Positions 40,946 through 55,406 of a stretch of 64,000 nt of DNA are shown here, piece by piece. The notes below the pieces were generated by a model. It did no database searches. It was not told where the DNA came from and was given only the letters and a program-made list of their open reading frames with translations. Positions within the stretch are counted from its first letter, which is position 1, and every line of letters starts with the position of its first letter. Source of the stretch: Octopus vulgaris (Eukaryota); NCBI GenBank assembly GCA_951406725.2, contig OX597823.1:48794001-48858000 (forward strand). The letters are read 5' to 3'. The position numbers were made by a program, and so were the translations under genes.

Positions 40946-41729
40946 AGAGTATATATATATATATATAAGACTAACCAATGTCTTGATGTTGATCAACTGG
41001 AGTAGCCTCATTAGTTTTACAGACAAAGATATTTGTAAGAGTCTCTCACTAGCAACATTTCAGAAATGTTTTCAAATTAATCTGGTAACTTAATCTAGAT
41101 ACCTGTTACTTTACCTCTTTTGTTTTACAGTCAATCCCTTATTGTTCTTTTTATATTCTCTGAAAATGTTTATGAAATGCATGTGTGAAATTTGACTGGT
41201 AACTGTTGGTGCTACCATCTCCGGTTGCTTTCAGAGTAAGAGGTGGAGAGAAAGAGAGTTTGCTAAAAAATAGAAAGGAGGGAAATGTTTTGTGATATTT
41301 GTATGCTTTGATTATTCTGGAGCATGGCTTTCTGAAATGATATATCTGTTTTATTCAAATATGGAAGAAGCAACTGAAAAATCTAACTATTGCTTGACTT
41401 GCTCCTATGTTTGTGACCCTCTTTTCATATTATTCCTTGCCTATACAAAGCTACTAAATCTCACCAATTCTCTTCAGTTAATAAAATATTTATTTACTAA
41501 GAAGGAAATGAAACAGCTTCTTGAATATGGCATTATTGATCCTCCCCTGTTTCCATGGGAAACACAAACAAGTAGTTAGCCAGAAAGAGGGAGGATAACA
41601 TACTGCATATTGACTACTCACAAATGATAAATTACTACTGCTTTCCAGACACCTTTCCACTTCCTAATATTGAAGATTTTGTGTCTTCTATTTCCTACAA
41701 ATAAACTCTGTAGTAAAGTAGATCTGAAA

Positions 41730-43340
41730 GGAGAAACCTTCAGATTCCACTCCAAAATGACAATTAGTTACTTTATTTCAAACTTTTGGACACTTATTTC
41801 AGTTTATTAAGATAACCTTTATTGTTACTAATGCCATCAGTACTCCTCAAAGAATGATGGTTGTATAATTACCAACAATGCCACAGTGTAAGTTCGCATC
41901 TTTCTCTATGGTATTATTGTTTCCAGTAAAAATCTTGAGAATCATGCTGGGAACTTATCTGCATTTATTTCAGTTACAAAGTGATTTCTCATTACACTGA
42001 AAAATGACAAATGCCTTGTTTGGAAAATGTTTGCATCCAAGGACATAAAATAGAGAAAGTTCTATGTTCCTTAATTCAGAAAGAAAGAAACCCCCTAATC
42101 GATTACCCTATCAATGGTACACAACTACAGCAAGTATTTGTTGACTTACTATGACAAATAAGCATCCCTTCATTGGAACAAATTTGACCCCTGCTAAATC
42201 CTATTTTCCATTGCAAAACAGACACCTAGATACAATTTATCTGCTTAAAACTTCAATAGTTAATGCCTTTCTCACTTATCTTAACTGAAGTTCCACTACA
42301 TACTGAAACTGATTTCTCTGGCACTACAATTTCTGCTGTCCTTTCACAGTGCAATAAATCTGTCACTTTCTTTTCCAGAACTCTTTCATCAATTGAAAAG
42401 ACAGTTATAGCTATCATAAAAACTCTTCAGAAACAATGAACCTTTTTTTACACTGATGCTATCTTACATAAAAACGCTGAACAGTGAGCAATTTTATTCA
42501 TATTTAGTCACAAAAGAAGAAAAAGAAGAATTAAGAATAAGATTCTTCCTTGGAGCATGGAATTATTACTCTACAATTATGACAGCTGAAAAATATCTGA
42601 CAAAGAGAACAGAACAGCAGATGATCTGAACAGATGCTCCTCAATAATATCCTTTTGTACAATTACAGACTTACATAAGCTTTAGCATCACACTGGAATG
42701 ACTTAATTATGGCACTATGCAAGATTTAAAATGCCTTTCTTTTTTAGAGGATGTTAAAAATCACTTTGTCGGAATCATCACTGTTCTGAATTGAAACCAT
42801 GATTCTACAATCCTATTCATTCCAAACTTATTAAGTCCATTTGAACATCACAATATTGATTTTAAAGGTGCTTTGTCATAGTCTGGTACTTATTGCTACT
42901 CTAGTTCATTATTATTGAAGAATACTCAAGGTTTTCATTTGCATTTTTATGTTTCAGTAATTCACTGTCATCAAAATTTATTCTTCATGTTTGATGCTCT
43001 AGTGTTAATTCACTCAAAGGGTCCTAATCTATGTCTCAAAATGTTGTGAACTGGAAAATATTAATATTGTTCAGCCTAGAAGGATAAAATATCATGCTAC
43101 TAGAAATAGTTACATAGAATATATAGATAAAATTCTATGGAAAACAATCACATTTGCTCTAGGTTTAAGAGAGCTGCTAAGGAAAAAAAAACAACCCAAA
43201 ACATTGGAGTGTTGTTTCAGAATAGTTTCATATGATTAGATCCCTCCTTTGTCCTGAAAATAACCTAACATCCTCTAATTTCCACTGTTGCTCATCCATA
43301 GGATAATCTTTACCTGGATGGCTTTCAGCATCTGGAGATG
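41730..43340 (+). pseudogene. Highly decayed Ty3/Gypsy pol (RT-RNase H-integrase)
   Basis: VPLHTETDFSGTTISAVLSQCNKSVTFFSRTLSSIEK (RNase H, ~42290-42400), then IDFKGAL and IIEEYSRFSFAF (integrase, ~42850-42950). Confidence 0.75.
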
Positions 43341-43559
43341 TTTTGTTCAACCAGTTTAGTCACCAAAAATGCATTGGCATGTGTTGTAAGAAGCTTGCTT
43401 CCCAACCTCATTGTTCCGGGTTTAATTCCACAGTGTCTCACCTTGGACAAGTGTTTTCTACTATAGCTTCAGTTGATGGAAACTAAAAGAATCCCTTCAT
43501 ACCTACAATTACTATTTTAAAAAATACATGTTTGCTATGGACTTCCAGTAACACATGTG

Positions 43560-45136
43560 CAATGATATGATGGGTGCCAGTCAGGCTACACAGGCATCAG
43601 CCATGACTATGATTTCACTCAGTTCAACAGGTCTTCACAAGCATGCCATATCGCCCAACGATTGAAGGGTGCTTTTAAATGGGCCAATTATGTGACACTG
43701 GCATTGGCCACAACTACATTCTCACTTGGCTTGCCAGGTCTTCTCAAACACAGCATATCTTAAAAGGTCTCGGTTGCTTGTCATTGCCTCTGTGAGGTCC
43801 AATGTTTGAAGGTCATGTTTCACCACCTCATCCCATATCTTCCCAAGTCTACCTCTTCCACAAGTTCCCTCCACTGTTAGGGTGTGACACTTCTTTACAC
43901 AGCTGTCCCTATCCATATGCATCACATGACCATACCAGCACAGTCGTCTCTCTTGCATACCACTTCAAATGCTTCTTATGTCCAACTTTTCTCTCAGGAC
44001 ACTTACACTCTGTTGTGCATGCACACTGACATTACACATCCAGTGGAGCATACTAGCTTCATTTCTTTCAAGCCTACATATGTCTTCAGGTGTCACAGCC
44101 CATATTTCACTGCTGTGTAGCATGGCTGTTTGCACACAGGCATCATACAATCTACCTTTCACTCTGAGTGAGAGGCCCTTTGTTACTAGCAGAAGTAGGA
44201 AGTCTCTACACTTTGCTCAGTCTATTCTTATATTCTAGCAGTTTCGCTCTCAGAGCATCCATCCTGCTACTGACTTGGTCACTGAGGTAATGGAAACTAT
44301 CAACTTCTAGTTTTTTACCCTGGCATGTGAGGGAACCTATTTTCTGTACATTTTCAGTGTTTATTGCACCTGTGCATCTTCCACATACAAAATCTATCTT
44401 CCCAGTTAACCTTCCTTTGATATTGCTGCACCTCTTATGTGTCCATAGCTTACACTGGGTACATCTTACAGAGTTTTTATCTATGCCTTTTCTACAGATC
44501 AAGCAAGGCCATCTACCTGAAAGGATTTGTGATTTGTCTGCCTTCCTACTTACTGAGACTTTGGTTTTTGCTAGGTTAACTCTAAGGCCCTTCGATTCTA
44601 GACCTTGCTTCCACACCTGAAACTTCTTCTCTAGTTCTGGTAGTGACTCAGCTATTAGAGCAAGGTCATCAGCATAGAGGAGCTCTCAAGGGCAGCCTGT
44701 CTTGAATTCCTCTGTTATTGCCTGGAGGACTATAATGAGCAAGAGGTGGCTGAGACTGATCCTTGGTGAACCCCTACCTCTACCTGGGATTACTCGCTTT
44801 ACTCGTTGCCTTACTCACCTTACTGAAAGCATCCCTGTACATGGCTTGTACAGCTCTCATCAACCACTCATCTACCCCTAGTTTCTGCATTGACTACCAG
44901 ATAAGGGATCAGGAGACCCTGTTAAAGGCTTTCTCATGTCAAAAAAAGCCAAGTACGAAGGTTTATCTTTGGCTAGGAATGTCTCCCGCAGCTGTCTTAC
45001 CAGAAATATAGTATCAGTGGTGTTTTTACCTGGCACAAACCCAAACTGCATCTCATCTAAACCAACTCTCCCCCTAATTTGTTGGGATATGACCCTCTCC
45101 ATGATTTTCATCACCTGATCCAGCAATTTGATACCT
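43560..45136 (-). mobile_element. 5'-truncated RTE-clade LINE (RT pseudogene) + proximal 3' UTR
   Basis: QFGFVPGKNTTDTIF, ELLYADDL (44661-44685), GLRVNLAKTK, a Cys/His finger, MLHSSEIW, WYGHVMHM...RGRLGKIW. Several frameshifts. Confidence 0.92.
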
Positions 45137-45137
45137 T

Positions 45138-45188
<51 letters not shown>

Positions 45189-46315
45189 AATATATTATAT
45201 ATATTAATATTAAAATTTATAGGCAGTATTTAAAGGTAGTAATTTTTAATTACTTTATAAGTGCCTGTTTTTTAGCATAACTGGATTTTGTCTTATTTCT
45301 CTACATTATGTTTTCCATTATTGACGTTCAAGATTCATTCATGTTGCATGTCTTGCCAGCATTCTTCCCACATGCATGTCATATGTATACTTATGTATGT
45401 ATGCTAGAGAATATATGATACAATGATATCAAGTCAATGCAAAACATAGTATCTTAAAGATAGTGTGTTTGCACTAGAATGTGTGTGTGTGTGTGCGTGC
45501 ATGTGTGTGTGTATGTATGTGTGCGTGTGTGTGTGTGTGTATCTTTCTGGTTGTGTTTGTCCCCCACCAATGCTTGATAACTGGTTTTGGTGTGTTTACA
45601 TCCCTGTAAATTACTGGTTCAACAGAGATAAAATAAGTATCAGGCCTTTAAAAACACAAAATAAGTATTGAAGTCCAGCCATTTGACTAAAAATTCTTCA
45701 GGGTGGTGCCTCAGTATAACTGGAGTCCAAAGACTGAAACAAATAAAAGAAGACACAAAAAGATTAACCAAGAGTTAGACATTGTTACCTGATTACTGCT
45801 GCTCATTACTAAGCTCATATCAATAACATAGATAGTCAAATTGACATAATCTCAACTAAAGATAAGGCTCCCATTTGGAGGTCCCTTCTCTGTGGGAAAA
45901 TGGGCAAACACTGATTTTACTTGTGACTTCTAAGTTGTTGATACAGTGAAGAATCTAGAAGATGATTGCCACAGAAACATGCTAAGAAGTCAGGCTTATA
46001 AAGCTCATAAGCAGGAAAGGTCCAGTTTATCATGAGATCAAAGCTACAGCACTTGAATTGATTCATCATTTAGCAAGAATCTGAAAAGCACAGGGTCGAC
46101 CCAGTGAATGCAATAAGATGCTTATTGCTACTTCTAGTCCAAGGACATAATTGTATACTTTGGTTGAAAACTGACCCCAGCCATTTATAATAAAAATAGA
46201 CACACACTTGTGTTCAAATATTGAATCTGCATGCTTGATTTAGGTGAAAATATTTGATTCTCAGTAGTTATTTTCTTGTCATAACAATACTGTATGTATA
46301 TCATTGATAATGATC

Positions 46316-46348
<33 letters not shown>

Positions 46349-48547
46349 TGTATATGTGTGCATGTTTGTCTTTGTATTTGTATATGTATGTATTTATGTG
46401 GAATTATATATGTATGTGTGTATGTACGTATGTGTGTGTGTGTGTCTGTGTGTCTGTCTGTCAGTCTGTATGTATGTATGTATGCATGCATGTATGTATG
46501 TGTGCATGCATGTATGTATGTGTATGTATGTAAATTTGTATGTATCTATGTATGAATGTATGTATGTATGTATATATGTAGGAAGGTAGGTGGCTTGGGT
46601 GGTAGGTAGGAAGGTAAGTATGTATGTATGTAAGTAGGTAGGTAGGTAGGTAGGCAGGTAGGTAGGTAGGTAGGCATATATGAATAGCTGAATGGATGGC
46701 TCTATACATGTATGTACTATATATATTGCTGATAATTAATAATTATACGCATATGAGTACATTTTTATGTATGTATGTTTTTGTTATTTATATTGTTGAT
46801 AATGATCATGTGGATGTATGTACATGATGATTATGATATCAATGTCTATATGTACCATAAACATTGGAAACAAGGAAACTAGAACATGCAAAAGACAAAA
46901 GTGGATACCCATCGCTATCAAGATTCTGTAATCATTTAATTTTATATTTCATGCATCAAATAAATGGGGCTACTCAGTGAACTATATTTCTTTTCCCCTA
47001 AGAAAACCTTCATTTAAAATATGATCAATGCTGTTTTCATTATAAATATAGGAATTATTGAATTTTAGTGTTTAGAATTAAAATGATATATGTTTAGATA
47101 TAATTTTTTATATTTTAATCTTTGCCAGATTAAGCCAGATACAAGCAACTTAATGTTTAAGCTTTCAGACATTTTGAAGGCATACAAAGTTTTCAGAAAG
47201 AAACTTATATTGATTTTATGAGAAAGATCAAAAAAGGAAAACACAAGTATTCTGAAACTATTATCAAGATAAAGATGCTTTTGAAAAAATCAATATTTGA
47301 TATTATCTTGCAAATATTTTCAGTGAAAATTCTTCAAGTTGCTGTAATATATGATGTTTTAGCATGGTATTTTAGGATTATTTTCCAAATTCTATGATAT
47401 AGTTTCTTTTATATTTGAAGAAATGCTACAAATATATTGGTAATTTATTGTTGAAAATATCCAATGTGATTGTAGGTTTATAAGTTGAATACTTTTCACT
47501 TAAATTCTCTTTAACAAAATGTTCCCAAAACTAAAAATGAAGAGAACAAGTTATTTTTATTCCATAATCCTTGTACACAAATGATTAGAATTAAATTGAA
47601 ACTAAAAGAAAATACTGTTTTACAAGGATGCATTTGTTTCTTTTACGTAGGAAGTATATTAAATATTATCTGTTGCATGAGTGAATGAGAAATTTTACTA
47701 TTATTAAAAAAAAAAACTAACAAAAGAAAGAAATTAGATTTATTTGCAATTTGTTAATTTACCCATTCTGTAGGATGCTATTCGTAAAATCCCAATATTA
47801 GATTTTGAAAATGAATATATTTATTCAATTTGGCCCACTATTTTACTGGCACATATTTTTAACCTAAAGGAATAAAGCATAAAGCCTAAAATATTTTGAC
47901 CTGAATGAAAAAAGCACAACAAGAATTGAACTCAGAAATATAGAAACAAGACAAAATGCAATAATACATTTTCTCTGTCAAAATTTTAGTGCTGACTCAC
48001 TAAAATTGAAAAGCAAAGCATGCGGAAAAGAAAGGGAACTGAAAGAAAAATGAATAAATATGTTGGAGTAGCCATTGTGTTACAGAGAGTCTATGGTCTG
48101 GTATGATTGATGGCTCCATAGTTTATATGGTAGACTTAGAGGAGCAAATCATTTGTTTAGAATAAGTAAATAAGATTCTATCTCACATAAGTAACTGGTT
48201 TATGTGTTAGGTTGATGGAGAAAACAGTAAATTAAATGTACTGAGTCAATGATAAACTTTAAAGTCATCTAAGTTCAAAGCCGATATAATTTATGATGAT
48301 CCTGAAGTGTTATAAAATAATGTTACATCCTGACAGATATAGATGGCTGGGCTGATAGGCTGCCAATCATGGCCAGTCTGCACCATAAAAATGTGTCTCA
48401 GTGCAAACACAGTGGTTGGTTCATGTGTCCTAGTTATAAATAGCCATGGCAGTATACTACTTGTTGTAATCAGAAAAAAAGGGCATTCATTATATAATTG
48501 ATTAACTGACTGTGAAGGTCTGGTGAAGGCAATGACTTTGTATTTAA

Positions 48548-48768
48548 CCCTTTAGCATTTAAACCGGCCATATCTGACTGAAATGTTCTACTTGTTTTAC
48601 GTTCAAATTGGCCAGCTCCAACCTCTCACACAGACCCTATAATATCATTCTTTCAAATAAACAATTGTATCATCGAAATCTTGAAGCTACATGAAAATGC
48701 ATGTTTAATTCAAAACAATATAAGTTAATAAGCATTACAATTGACAGAATAATCTGAATGCTAAAGGG
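48548..48768. mobile_element. piggyBac-type MITE, best-preserved copy
   Basis: TTAA-ccctttagcatt ... aatgctaaaggg-TTAA. Confidence 0.9.
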
Positions 48769-51700
48769 TTAATGTAGTCAAGACTGCATCCTTAAGTTTT
48801 GGCTTATTCTTTGTCAGCAGTATACATTGACTGACGTACTGAATGGCTTACTGAATGCTGACCGACTTACCAAATCTGTACAATTGTTGACCAAATGTCT
48901 TACTGAACTACTGTACAGTTGCCATTCAAAGCATATATCTTACCCCCTTACTTGATTAATGTTAACATATCTGCAATAATATAGCTTCCACACATACGAA
49001 TCTTTGATTAACAATACACAGCAATACACTGACTCTTTTATAATTATAATACTTTTATTTTTATAATGCTCTTTGCATCTCTATACTGGCAAACTCACAT
49101 AATCATCAACCTTCTCATTTCACTCACCTGATCTCTTTTCAGCTTATTCTTCAGAATGTGGCTCTTAGATCACTATGATTATGATATTGCTAAAGATTTA
49201 ACATTTAGCACTTAACAAAGTTATAAGAAAGAGGGATTGTGGTAGGGTTGTTACAAAGATAAATAAAGCAACAACATAAAACTAATCACATAAATTTCTG
49301 CTGGTGACATTTATGTGTTACATTAGAACAAAGATAGATAAATAGATAGACAGAGAGAGAGAGAGAGTGACAGACAGACAGACAGGGGAATGAAGAAAGA
49401 AGGAGAGAAAGACTATGTTTGATATGAATAGTGAGTTAATGCATTAACTGGGGTTATTGTTGAGTTATACTGTTTGGTGAAATAACAGTTTCTTTTATAG
49501 ATTTTATGTTCTACACTTCTTTCACATTAGAATTCTTGGATTTAGGAGTGGCTGCAACAATAATTGATATGGATACTTAAATTATCAGTGCAATCTACAG
49601 TATCCTGGCATGGCAAAATGGATGTACAAACAAGTATAAGAAAGGACATAGCCGAAAAAAACCAAATAAAAGAAATCAGTTGGCCATAATTTTTCTTTAT
49701 CCTCAAATGGAAAGAGGAAGTATTGCCTCTAACTTGTGAAGGCTCTTTTGGATCAGGGAGAGAAGATTGAATAATACGATTGCGGTTAATACAGAGGTTG
49801 AAAAGAAGAAGAAAATTATGATAATAGAAGAGAAAGAGCCATCGTGTAATGGTTATTGGCATGAATGACTGCAACGCTTCGTTGTGTGGTTTAGGCAGAT
49901 AATTACAGTCTGAATAGCAAGAAGTGGGGTAATTGGTGTGAAGGAGAAGGGGGAAATGTAATGGTTGAAATACAGGCAATAATGATAATATAAAGCCATG
50001 TCTTTAATAAGAGAGACAACATATAGGGAACTACTTTCGCTTTTTCAAATGGCTGCTTTTACAACAAACTCTTGCTAAAATTAAAACATAGATTTTAAAG
50101 CTATTTATCTGGTTAGATATTCAGTAATTAAAACTGTGCAGCTCATTATTGTTGATAAATCAGAGGTAACATATTTTGGGGGAAATATTTAAATTTTAAA
50201 TCTAATAAAATGATGTAAAGAAAGAAAAAAAATCCTGATTTATATTGCATTTCATTTTTATTTAATTTTTTTCTTTTTTTTGCAGTCTTTATGTATGTAA
50301 ACTTCCTCATGATCAGAACTAGGCTAGAATATCTTACATCTGTGTGTAGTATTGTTTTTATTCTCAATTGTGAATTCTTAATGATACTTTTTTCTTTTCT
50401 TTTTTTTTTTTTTGGTGTTTTTGATAAAAATCAAACAAATATAATACAACTAAAAATACTGAGCGAAAAGATGAACTAGAAATATATCACATTATTTTTA
50501 TCATAAAATGAATGAAGTGAAAAGTCTAGATTTTAGGAAAAGATATTGCTGACAGATGTTGCATTTATAGTCATGTTGTGTGAGATTTATTACACTTAAG
50601 AACTATTTAAGATGTGCTATTTTTTTAATCGAAAGGAAATACTTTGAAGATTAATTCAAAAGTCTGGATTGGTTTATTAGGTTCCAATCATAAACAGTTT
50701 ACTGCTTTGCAGATGGATAGGTTGAATTTAATTTGAATTATTATGTTATTTTAAAACTTTTCTTCAAAAACTTGAAGAACTCACTTAACCATTTTAATTG
50801 ATAAGGTTTTGAAACTAAATAAAGAAAAAAAAGATGTCTAGAATTTTAAAACAATATAAATAAATTAACTAAAATAAATATATACTTATATTCAGTTAAG
50901 CTGTATGAAAAAGCATGAATTTAGGGCAGTTTTCATAAAATTTGCTAGAACGATATGAAATGTCAAACATAATTTGAAAAATTAATTGGAAAGTAGTTGT
51001 AAATACATGTAAAGAGGGAAGTACATATGTATGGAGAGCGAGAGAGAGAAAAGGGGTTGCGGGGGAAAAGTCTGGAAAACAGGTGTCTTAAAGGTAATGT
51101 CATGATAATGAGATTGGTGGTGGTAATAGTGGTGGTGATGGGAATAGGAATGATGATGATAATGATGGTCATAATGGTGGTGATGTTGGTGGTGCGGTAG
51201 TAGTTATTGTCATCAACATTGACATTATGATCATGATGGTAATGCAGTGATGGTGGTAATGATGATGATGATGATGATATGCATGATGTAGATACATGAT
51301 GAAGATGATGATGTATAATATACATGATGTATGATATACAAAACAAGTTAAACATAAGGGTTACAAAATGAGTAAGGACAGGTTGCAAAAAAAATTAGCA
51401 CAATATATTGAAGTAAGTTAAAAATTTGAACCAAAATAAATGCAAAAGAGCCACACAGCCTCCCACTGCACCCCCACACACCCACACTCACACACAGACA
51501 CACACACACGTCATTCTTACTGTAACTCTTTAAAATACCTGAAACAAGATTCCTTTTGAAACTTGACATTGGTTTCAAATTTTGACACAAGGTCAGCAAT
51601 TTCGATGGAGAAAGTAAGCCAATTTCTTCAGCCCCACTATTCAATTGGTACTTATTTTATTGCCCCTGAAAGAATGAAAAGCACAATGGAATTTGAGCTC

Positions 51701-51778
51701 AGAATGTAAAGGCTGACAGAATGGTATTAAGCATCTTACCCAGTGTTCTGATTCTGCCAGGTTGTCACCTTAGTAATG

Positions 51779-51850
<72 letters not shown>

Positions 51851-51874
51851 GTAATAATAATAATTATTATTAAG

Positions 51875-52125
51875 ATATAGACAAATAGCTGAAGAATAAG
51901 CCACGATATAGACAAATGGCTGAAGGAGATTGAAATAGAGCTCCTACCGAGAGTTTGTCGCTTAGGAACAGCAAAGGTTACCAGGAGAAGTCTAAGCACT
52001 TGAAAGACTGTTGGAAAACTTGTGGATACCTAAGGTTACAGGTAGCAACCTGCTATCTACATAATTCCTACCAGGAATTAGACCAAACCAAATTAGAGTC
52101 AAACCAAAATAATAATAATAATAAT
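51875..52125 (+). mobile_element. R4/Dong-like 3' end fragment between (AAT)n tracts
   Basis: DKWLKEIEIELLPRVCRLGTAKV resembles the LLQKxxLLGTAxI C-terminus. (AAT)n on both sides. Confidence 0.55.
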
Positions 52126-52369
52126 GGTCTCAAATTTTGGCACAAGGCCAGCAATTTCAGAGAGAGGTAGATTACATTGACTCCAGTGCTTAACTGGTAC
52201 TTATATTAATGATGTAAGGCAAAGTGGACCTCAGCGGAATTTAAACTTAGAATGTAAAGGTAGATGAAATGCTACTAAACATTTTGCCCTGCATGCTAAT
52301 GATTCCACTAGTTCAACACCTTACAGCCTGATATTAATTGCTAGTTGCTGTTGAATAGCTTGATGCTTT

Positions 52370-52717
52370 CATCATCATCATCATCATCATTGTTTAATGT
52401 CCGCTTTCCATGCTAGCATGGGTTGGACGATTTGACTGGGGTCTGGCGAACCAGATGGCTGCACCAGACTACATTCTGATCTGGCAGAGTTTCTACAGCT
52501 GGATACCCTTCCTAATGCCAACCACTCCGAGAGTGTAGTGGGTGCATTTACGTGCCACTGGCACGAGGGCCAGTCAGGCAGTACTGGCAATGGCCATGCT
52601 CAAATGGTGCTTTTTATGTGCCACCTGCACAGGAGCCAGTTCAGTCACCAGCACAAGTGCCAGTAAGGTGACGCAGGTAACGATCATGCTCGAATAGTGT
52701 TTTTTTACATGCCACCG
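52370..52717 (-). mobile_element. RTE 3' UTR fragment
   Basis: Same tail sequence as 1258 and 37724, with internal gtgccacc repeats. Confidence 0.75.
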
Positions 52718-53104
52718 TAGATATAGTTTATTTGTCTCAGGAAAAAATTCACATCTATTGAAAACTCCAGCATCAAATGCAGCAGGCAGGTAACCAAGCC
52801 ATTTATTTCAGTGTTGTTCACAAGCTCTCATTTGAGTTTCAAATATATTATAACAAAACTTGATCATTCTAACAACATTGGTGTGACTATAGGTGCAGGT
52901 GTGGTTATAGACACAAGTATGGCATAGATGCAGGTGTGGCTGTGTAGTTAAGAGGCCTGTTTGCCAACCACATGCTTTTGGGTTCAGTTTTACAGTGCAG
53001 CATGTTTGGCAAGCAATTTCTGCTATAGCCCTGGGCCAAGCAAAGCCTTGTGGTTGGATTTGGAGGATTGTAAAACAGAAACTGAAAGAAACCTTATATA
53101 TGTA

Positions 53105-53498
53105 CAAGCAGTAACGCCTGGCGCTGCTCGGGTTTGTAAGGGAAATAACTATATAAGCATGTTTAGAGATGTAAAGTATAATAGCCATCTCAATATGGCT
53201 AACCACAAAGGGGGGTGTTACTGTAGCTTTTTACGTTCTGAGATTTAATAATAAATCTTTAGAGAGTTACTTCCCTTATATATGCCAAAAATGCATTAAA
53301 ATGGGAATAATTGATGGTAAATTTTTTTTTAAATTGTAGACTCATCGTAGACACACGCTAATACCCAGAAGGGCTCGATATGAATCACGACTATAAGATA
53401 TCCGGTTTTGGTTAAACTGCACTGCAAAATGTGGGAGTAGTTAGGAATCTAAATCGTAGGAGACAGACAGCACACAACCTCACTTTTATATATAAAGA
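53105..53498 (-). mobile_element. Non-autonomous Helitron
   Basis: Reverse complement of 62168-62564: TC start, subterminal hairpin, CTAG mutated to CTTG. Confidence 0.85.
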
Positions 53499-54056
53499 TG
53501 TGTGTGTGTGTGTGTGCTTGTGCTTATTTATCTTTTTTGTTCTATCTTTTACTTGTTTCAGTCAGACTGGCCATGCTGGAGCACAGCCTTCAAGAATTTT
53601 TAGACAAATGAATCAAACTCAGTACTTTCTTTTTAGCATAGTACTTATTCTTTCAGTCTCTTTTGCCAAACTGCTATGTTACAGGAATGTAAACACACCA
53701 ACACTGGTTGTCAAGCACACACACACACACATGCGCGCACACACATACACACACACAAATACACACACACACACATACACGCACACATACACACACATAC
53801 AAACATACACACACACACACACACAAACGCACACACACACACATGATGGGCTTTCACTTCCCACCTACTGAATCAACTCACAAAGCTTTGGAGTGCCCAA
53901 GGCTATTGCAGAAGATGCCCAAATATGAATACGTATATTCATGGAAAGAGAGATAAAGATAATGGTGAACTGCCTGAAATAGATTAGGAAAGAGTGTTGG
54001 AAATATGTATGTCTCAGGGCTTGTGTGTGTGCATGAGTGTGTGTATACACACATGC

Positions 54057-54095
<39 letters not shown>

Positions 54096-54776
54096 TATAT
54101 TTATATATATACACATACACATACACACAAATATATATATATATATATACATACAATATACATATATTTCAGGCACAAAGCCTGAAATTTTGGGTAAGGG
54201 GCCAGTTAATTAGATTGACCTCAATACACAACTGGTACTTAATTTATCGACTTCAAAAGGATGAAAGGTAAAGTCGACCCCAGTGGAATTAGAACTCAGA
54301 ACATAAAGACAGACAAAACACCTTGAAGCATTTTGCCCGGTGTGCTAACATTTCTGCCACCTCACTGCCTTCACAAATATATATATATAGTTGTAGCAAT
54401 GAAGTCACACCAAATAGTGATGTATTGTAATCATTTAATATGTTCATTTCAGGTTTGCATAGTATATAATAAGAAGTGCAGCCATTTTATAAACTTTCCT
54501 CAGTTAAAGCATTATGCAATGGATGCATTTCCTATTATATATTAGGGAAACCTGAAATGTATTTATCAAACGCTTTCAAAATATCACTATTTAGTTTAAC
54601 TCCATTTTTACAACTTATCGACTTGATGAGAGTACAAACGAGTCAGTCTTGTCTCCACTTATGTGGATACTCCAACAACAGTCTGAAGTAATCTGTTATA
54701 TTTAACTCAAGTTGAAAATTCTGGTACTGTGCATCACTTCTTGGTGTAATATGCAATATATACATACACACATACA

Positions 54777-54809
<33 letters not shown>

Positions 54810-54812
<3 letters not shown>

Positions 54813-54885
54813 GCCAGATAACCGAAGAGATGGTGTTGTGGATTTCCACTTCGGCATCTGAAACTCAGAGTTTTATCTTGACTAT
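54810..54885 (+). ncRNA. Variant hammerhead-like motif in a PLE-end fragment (~54810-54982)
   Basis: atagccagataa-CCGAAGA-gatg...catc-t-GAAA-ctcagag-TT-ttatcttgactat. All three stems form, but the core deviates. Confidence 0.6.
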
Positions 54886-54994
54886 CGAGTAATGTAACAT
54901 ATTATTTTATAGATAAATTTCCTCTATTTACATAATATTGAGGTCTCTTTCTTTCTTTTGTTATCTTACCGTTTTTACCAATATATTCTCTTTC

Positions 54995-55355
54995 TCTTTC
55001 TCTTTACTTGTTTCAGTCATTTGACTGCGGCCATGCTGGAGCACCGCCTTTAGTCGAGCAAATCGACCCCGGAACTTATTCTTTGTAAGCCCAGTACTTA
55101 TTCTATCGGTCTCTTTTGCCGAACCGCTAAGTGACGGGGACGTAAACACACCAGCATCGGTCGTCAAGCAATGCTAGGGGGACAAACACACATACATATA
55201 TATATATACATATATACGACAGGCTTCTTTCAGTTTCCGTCTACCAAATCCACTCACAAGGCATTGGTCGGCCCGGAGCTATAGCAGAAGACACTTGCCC
55301 AAGATGCCACGCAGTGGGACTGAACCCAGAACCATGTGGTTGGTTAGCAAGCTAC
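54995..55355 (-). mobile_element. Young SINE family A (5'-clipped)
   Basis: CpG-rich, close to the other young family A copies. Confidence 0.85.
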
Positions 55356-55406
55356 ATTATGGAGATGTACTCGCATAGCAAGTGATTTGATCTGAGATCG
55401 TGTGCT

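Noticed and set aside
50963-51388. His/Thr/Ile-rich 141-aa ORF
   Set aside because: It derives from (GAT)/(GGT) low-complexity trinucleotide repeats.
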